A DNA stretch of 64,000 nt, taken from positions 4,814,784 to 4,878,783 of the forward strand of contig CM121341.1 of NCBI GenBank assembly GCA_051530055.1. Reading direction: 5' to 3'. The notes beneath the pieces were generated by a model, which saw only the letters and a program-made list of their open reading frames with translations, was not told the DNA's origin and did not search any database. How positions within the stretch are numbered: position 1 is the stretch's first letter; each line of letters starts with the position of its first letter. Shown one piece after another: positions 59,475 through 64,000 of this stretch. Position numbers and translations under genes: made by a program. This stretch comes from Neoechinorhynchus agilis (lineage: Eukaryota; Animalia; Acanthocephala).

Positions 59475-62400
59475 TTAATGAAAATCAGATATTTCATGTT
59501 CATCATTACCGATCGCTGAGTAATTCCATCTCTCTGGTTTGGCTGATCCGAATATTATAAAGACTAAACCGCCAAAAATCATGATTGCCGCCGTTACTCC
59601 AAATACGTTTTTCCAACCATCGGGCTATGTTACAGAACAGTTTTTGGACTAAATTAAAAGAGTCAAGAACCTACATTATTGGCAGTAAGCGACGAAGCAA
59701 TATACGGACTAACGATCCCTGGAATTGTCGCCATTGTATTGGAGATTCCAAATAAGGTTCCCGCGTAGTAAGGTGATAAATCGTTTGGGTTGCACACAAG
59801 ACCAGCGCCCCATCCAAAACCCCTAAGAGATACCGGCGTTTAAAATCGCGTTTTTTGAACATAAAGCAGTCGAAATCTTTAATATTGGAGATGATTAATT
59901 TACAATGACTGATGAGACGAGGTGTCACATTTAATCAAACTATTGTAAAAGTAGAAGCTCGTTGAAAGGCGTTAGGCTTTCTAACAAGCGTGGAAACTTA
60001 ACAGTAACCTGGTAAAAGATCTTATAAATTCCAAAAAATGAACAACGCTCACAAAAGATGCGATCAACTCCCTCGCTTTTAAATTTCAAAAATTCTAAGT
60101 GCCTCCCAACGTTTTCTATCCTTTTAGTTCCTAGCACAAATCTCTACCTTCGCTCTTCCTAACCGTTCAATCCTTCAAATTGATTCGGAGGAAAGAACGG
60201 AAATCAACAACCTTGCAATTTAACGTTTTGGAGCTGCAAAGATAGAACAATAAAAAAACCCTTCGAAATCAGGTTCGGTGGCTTGTATTTTCCTTGAAAT
60301 ACAACTTGATATTCCTCTACTTTGAATAATACCGGAGGAAATTCTGCAGCTATTTCTTCAGCAAATCAGTGTACGAAGCCAGGCCTATTGAATTTATGGA
60401 GCCAATCAAAGAACGAGCTTTAGGGAACTCAAAAAATCAACCGTTACATTAATTCGAATATTCATCTACTTTGAACAATGAAACGTTTTAATATAACTTC
60501 ATTTCTTTAATATTCAAAATTTATTTTGTATTCTTTAAGGCTTAGCCATTACATTTTGAATTTATGGGCATTCGACTTTCTCTTCGACGTTGTTTGTTAA
60601 TATGAATAATCTTATAAAAGTTTTTGCCGTTTAAAATCATAATTAAATGCCATTTGAAAAACACTGGACGATGTTCTCAAATCGTTTTTAATCGAAAAAA
60701 TTATTTACCCGGGTGAAGGGGGTTCATCATTAGTTTATAACAATAATTAGAGATTAGACTGTGCTTTTTAAAGACTTGAAAGCGTTTTTTAATATCTAAC
60801 AAACTAATGATGAACTGGACGAGTTTCGTAGATCGTTTTTAATCGAAAAAATGTTTACCTAAGTTAAAACTGTTAAGCAATAATCCTAATCACCTATTCC
60901 TCACATATCGAAACTCTAATTTGGTTTATAATTAATCAGATCGAAAATTGAAGGTAATCTTTGCATCTAGAATTTCTAATATAATTCCTTTTAAATAATT
61001 ATCCGTAAAAAATCGTTTATTCTTTTAAAAATCTGAGTTGGGCACGATGAAACTCATTTTAAAGGAAATATAACACAATCTAAAAAATGCTATAAAGATT
61101 AGCATTATTGTTTAGAAGTCCTCAACCCGGGTAAATAATTTGTTCGATTAAAAGCGATTTGCGAACCTCTTCGGCTTCATCATTAGTTTGTTAGTGTCTA
61201 TTGATAACCAACAAACTAATGATGAAGTGGACGAGTTTCGTAGATCGTTTTTAATCGAAAAAATTGTTTACCTAAGTTAAAACTGTTAAGCAATAATCCT
61301 AATCACCTCTTCCTCACATATCGAAACTCTAATTTGGTTTATAATTAATCAGATCGAAAATTGAAGATAATCTTTGCATCTAGAATTTCTAATATAATTC
61401 CTTTTAAATAATTATCCGTAAAAAATCGTTTATTCTTTTAAAAATCTGAGTTGGGCACGATGAAACTTATTTTAAAGGAAATATAACACAATCTAAAAAA
61501 TGCTATAAAGATTAGCATTATTGTTTAGAAGTCCTCAACCCGGGTAAATAATTTGTTCTATTAAAAGCGATTTGCGAACCTCTTCGGCTTCATCATTAGT
61601 TTGTTAGTGTCTATTAAAAACCAACAAACTAATGATGAACTGGACGAGTTTCGTAGATCGTTTTTAATGGGGAAAAAATTATTTACCCGGGTGAAGACGT
61701 CTAAATTTTCTTTCTAGAATTGCCCAAATTTACAAAAAATCTTTAAAAGGATATTTTTAAAATTGCAACATACGAACATTGCTCCCTGTGCAAATGAGAG
61801 TAATACGACTGCTATTGTTCTATTGTTACATGTGATATATCCTAATCCGATAAGAAAAGCAGCAGGAATGAAAAGACCTTATTTGGTTTAGTTCTCGATT
61901 GTTTTAGAACCACAAAAACCCAACTTATTGATATTGCCACTTTCCTGACGAGCGTTCTTGATTTAACAATATTCTTCTTAAGTACATAATCGGCTAAATA
62001 GCTTGAAATGATGACCATTATCCATGTTACGATGTATGGAATGGCTGTTAGGACACCGTTCTAGACCGCAGAGACTTAGTTTTATCCAAAGAAATCATTA
62101 CAGACCTGCTTAATATCGTAGTTTAGTACACTTTTCATATAGGAAGGCGTTTCTGTAAGTAGAGTAAACAACCCGTAATTTGATCCCCAATGACAAACAA
62201 ACAATGCCCAACAACGACGAGAAGTGAGCATGTTTTTCCACGGGATTTTCGCGCTTTTTGCATGCTTATGATCTAGCATTTTAGCCTTAATGTATCCGAT
62301 TTCCTTATTTGATATTATCCATGAATTCTCAGGCTTGTCTCGGTAAATAATCAGCCATAGTATCAACCACACGGTTTCAAGTATACCTTAAAGATTTCAA

Positions 62401-62930
62401 AAAAAAATTAAACGACAAAGATTTACTACCTATTAGATAAAATAAACTCGGCCAACCGTCAGGGTGAAAGCCGTTGGTACATAAGTATCCGGCAATTGGA
62501 AGGATTATCATCGGTGCCAATTGTGAACCTTTATGAAAAGCTTTAATCTTATTGAAATCACACTTTTCACTCACCAGTCATCGCTATCCCAATCAAAAAA
62601 CTACGCTCATTTGTAGGAGCCCACGTTGTCCATACGTGAGAAATCGCTGGTAATATACCACCCTTAAAGACTTTAGTCATTCTAACCAATCTAATGATTT
62701 TGAACTTACACATCCGATTCCAATAATAATTCTTAGAACAAACAGCCATACGTGACTGCTTCGAGCAGCGGATGCGAGGTGCAATGATCCAATTATGTTC
62801 AATAGCATCAATACAGCAAGTACTTTCTTTGATCCGTATTTCGAAGCCAACAATCCTCCTGGGATTTGTGAAATTATGTAACCGTAGAAAAAGGCGGCCA
62901 ATATATTCGATTGAATCCCTTTACTCCATA
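59475..62930 (-). CDS. SLC17: SLC17/sialin-like MFS anion transporter; multi-exon, 5' exons not found in the window
   Basis: AAFFYGYIISQIPGG, WAPTNERS, GWPSLFY, WGSNYGLFTLLTETPSYM, LSPYYAGTLFGISNTMATIPG, WKNVF...GSAKPERW. Introns 62663-62709 (47 nt), 62529-62574 (46 nt) and 59823-61777 (1955 nt). One-base frameshift near 59560. Confidence 0.9.
60670..61700 (+). repeat. Foldback-type composite array inside an SLC17 intron
   Basis: Same family as 40263-41172; about 414-bp spacing of gcattattgtttagaagtcctcaacccggg. Confidence 0.92.
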
Positions 62931-63119
62931 TAAAAGGACCATCCTAGGCAAGGTACATCAATGGAGGTTTTATTACTAAACGACTCGGATATTCATTTTA
63001 TACTTTAGTTTTTTGAAATTTATAAAAATATCTTTGATTTTAATGAAGCGTTAAAAACCGGCCAAAGACACAGCAACAAATTGACTTGTGCTTTCCCCCC
63101 CACCCGCTGAAATTATCTG

Positions 63120-64000
63120 CTTTTTTATACAAAAACCTAAAAAGACATTGAACATAAAAAAACGGTAACCAAAAACCGATTGAAACGGTTAGAAATTGCA
63201 ACAAAGTTGTTCATTTCCCCGATGAAATTATCTGCTTTTTATACAAAGACTCGAAAAGACATTGAACATAAAAAAACGGCAACCAAAAACTGAGATCCGA
63301 GGTTCAAAACTCTTTTTTTTTCATGTGAATTTTTTGGAAACGTTTAGAATTTGCAACAAATTTGTTCTTTTCCCCGCAGGAATTTTCGCTTTTTACATAC
63401 AAAGACTCAAAAAGACATTGAACATAAAAACGGCAACCAAAAACCGAGATCCAAAGTTCCAAACTCTCATTTTTCATGTGAATTTTTTGAAACGTTTAGA
63501 ATTTGCAACAAATTTGTGCTTTTCCCCGCAGGAATTTTCGCTTTTTATACAAAGACTCAAAAGACATTGAACATAAAAAACGGCAACCAAAAACCGAGAT
63601 CCAAAGTTCCAAACTCTAATTTTTCATGTGAATTTTTTTGAAACGTTTAAAATTTGCAACAAATTGTCTTTTCCCCGCTGGAATTTTCGCTTTTTATACA
63701 AAGACTCGAAAAGACATTGAACATAAAAACGGCAACCAAAAACCGAGATCCAAAGTTCCAACTCTCATTTTTCATGTGAATTTTTAAACCGAGATCCAAA
63801 GTTCCAAACTCTTAATTTTTCATGTGAATTTTTTTAAACGTTTAGAATTTGCAATGAAAAACCGAGATCCAAAGTTCCAAACTCTCATTTTTCACGTGAG
63901 TTTTTTTAAAACGTTTAGAATTTGCAACAAAGTTGTTGATTTCCCCCTGAAATTTTCGCTTTTTATACAAAGACTCGAAAAGACATTAAACATAAAAAAC
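63120..64000. repeat. Tandem satellite, about 150-bp unit, runs off the window end
   Basis: aagacattgaacataaaaa at about 63412, 63561 and 63711. Confidence 0.93.

Noticed and set aside
1-64000. tRNA, snRNA or spliced-leader RNA genes
   Set aside because: I found no convincing cloverleaf, T-loop consensus or Sm-site-plus-donor arrangement by eye. tRNAscan-SE/Infernal would be needed to exclude them.

Overview
AT-rich eukaryotic, most likely animal, genomic DNA with compact genes and short (about 45-47 nt) GT-AG introns. I cannot assign the species from the sequence. At least one homopolymer frameshift in an otherwise intact gene suggests residual long-read indel errors. Recognisable genes: C7orf50-like (WKF domain), a macrodomain protein, DPY30, a RUN-domain protein, two divergent FoxO-like forkhead copies, NAXE (YjeF_N), a tetraspanin, TSG101, SPCS1 and an SLC17-family transporter. 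These sit as islands between about ten different local tandem arrays, long hairpins/MITEs and decayed non-LTR retrotransposon pieces (APE-type LINE, R2/NeSL-like and CRE-like RLE), plus a degraded 28S rRNA fragment and an eEF1A fragment. Most interesting: (1) three bacterial-type YbaY/YscW pilotin-fold genes, one enclosed by a 691-bp-arm palindrome whose arms each carry an orphan coiled-coil ORF; (2) two satellites traceable to retrotransposon ORF ends, including a 323-bp unit that can be reconstructed as a MITE/CRE insertion junction amplified 7 times; (3) abundant cellular RNAs (28S, eEF1A) lying 5' of truncated retroelements in the same orientation; (4) forkhead genes with a rewritten recognition helix; (5) several exon junctions that fit homology better with non-canonical, hairpin-containing introns. 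All family assignments come from motif recognition by eye; no database search was run.
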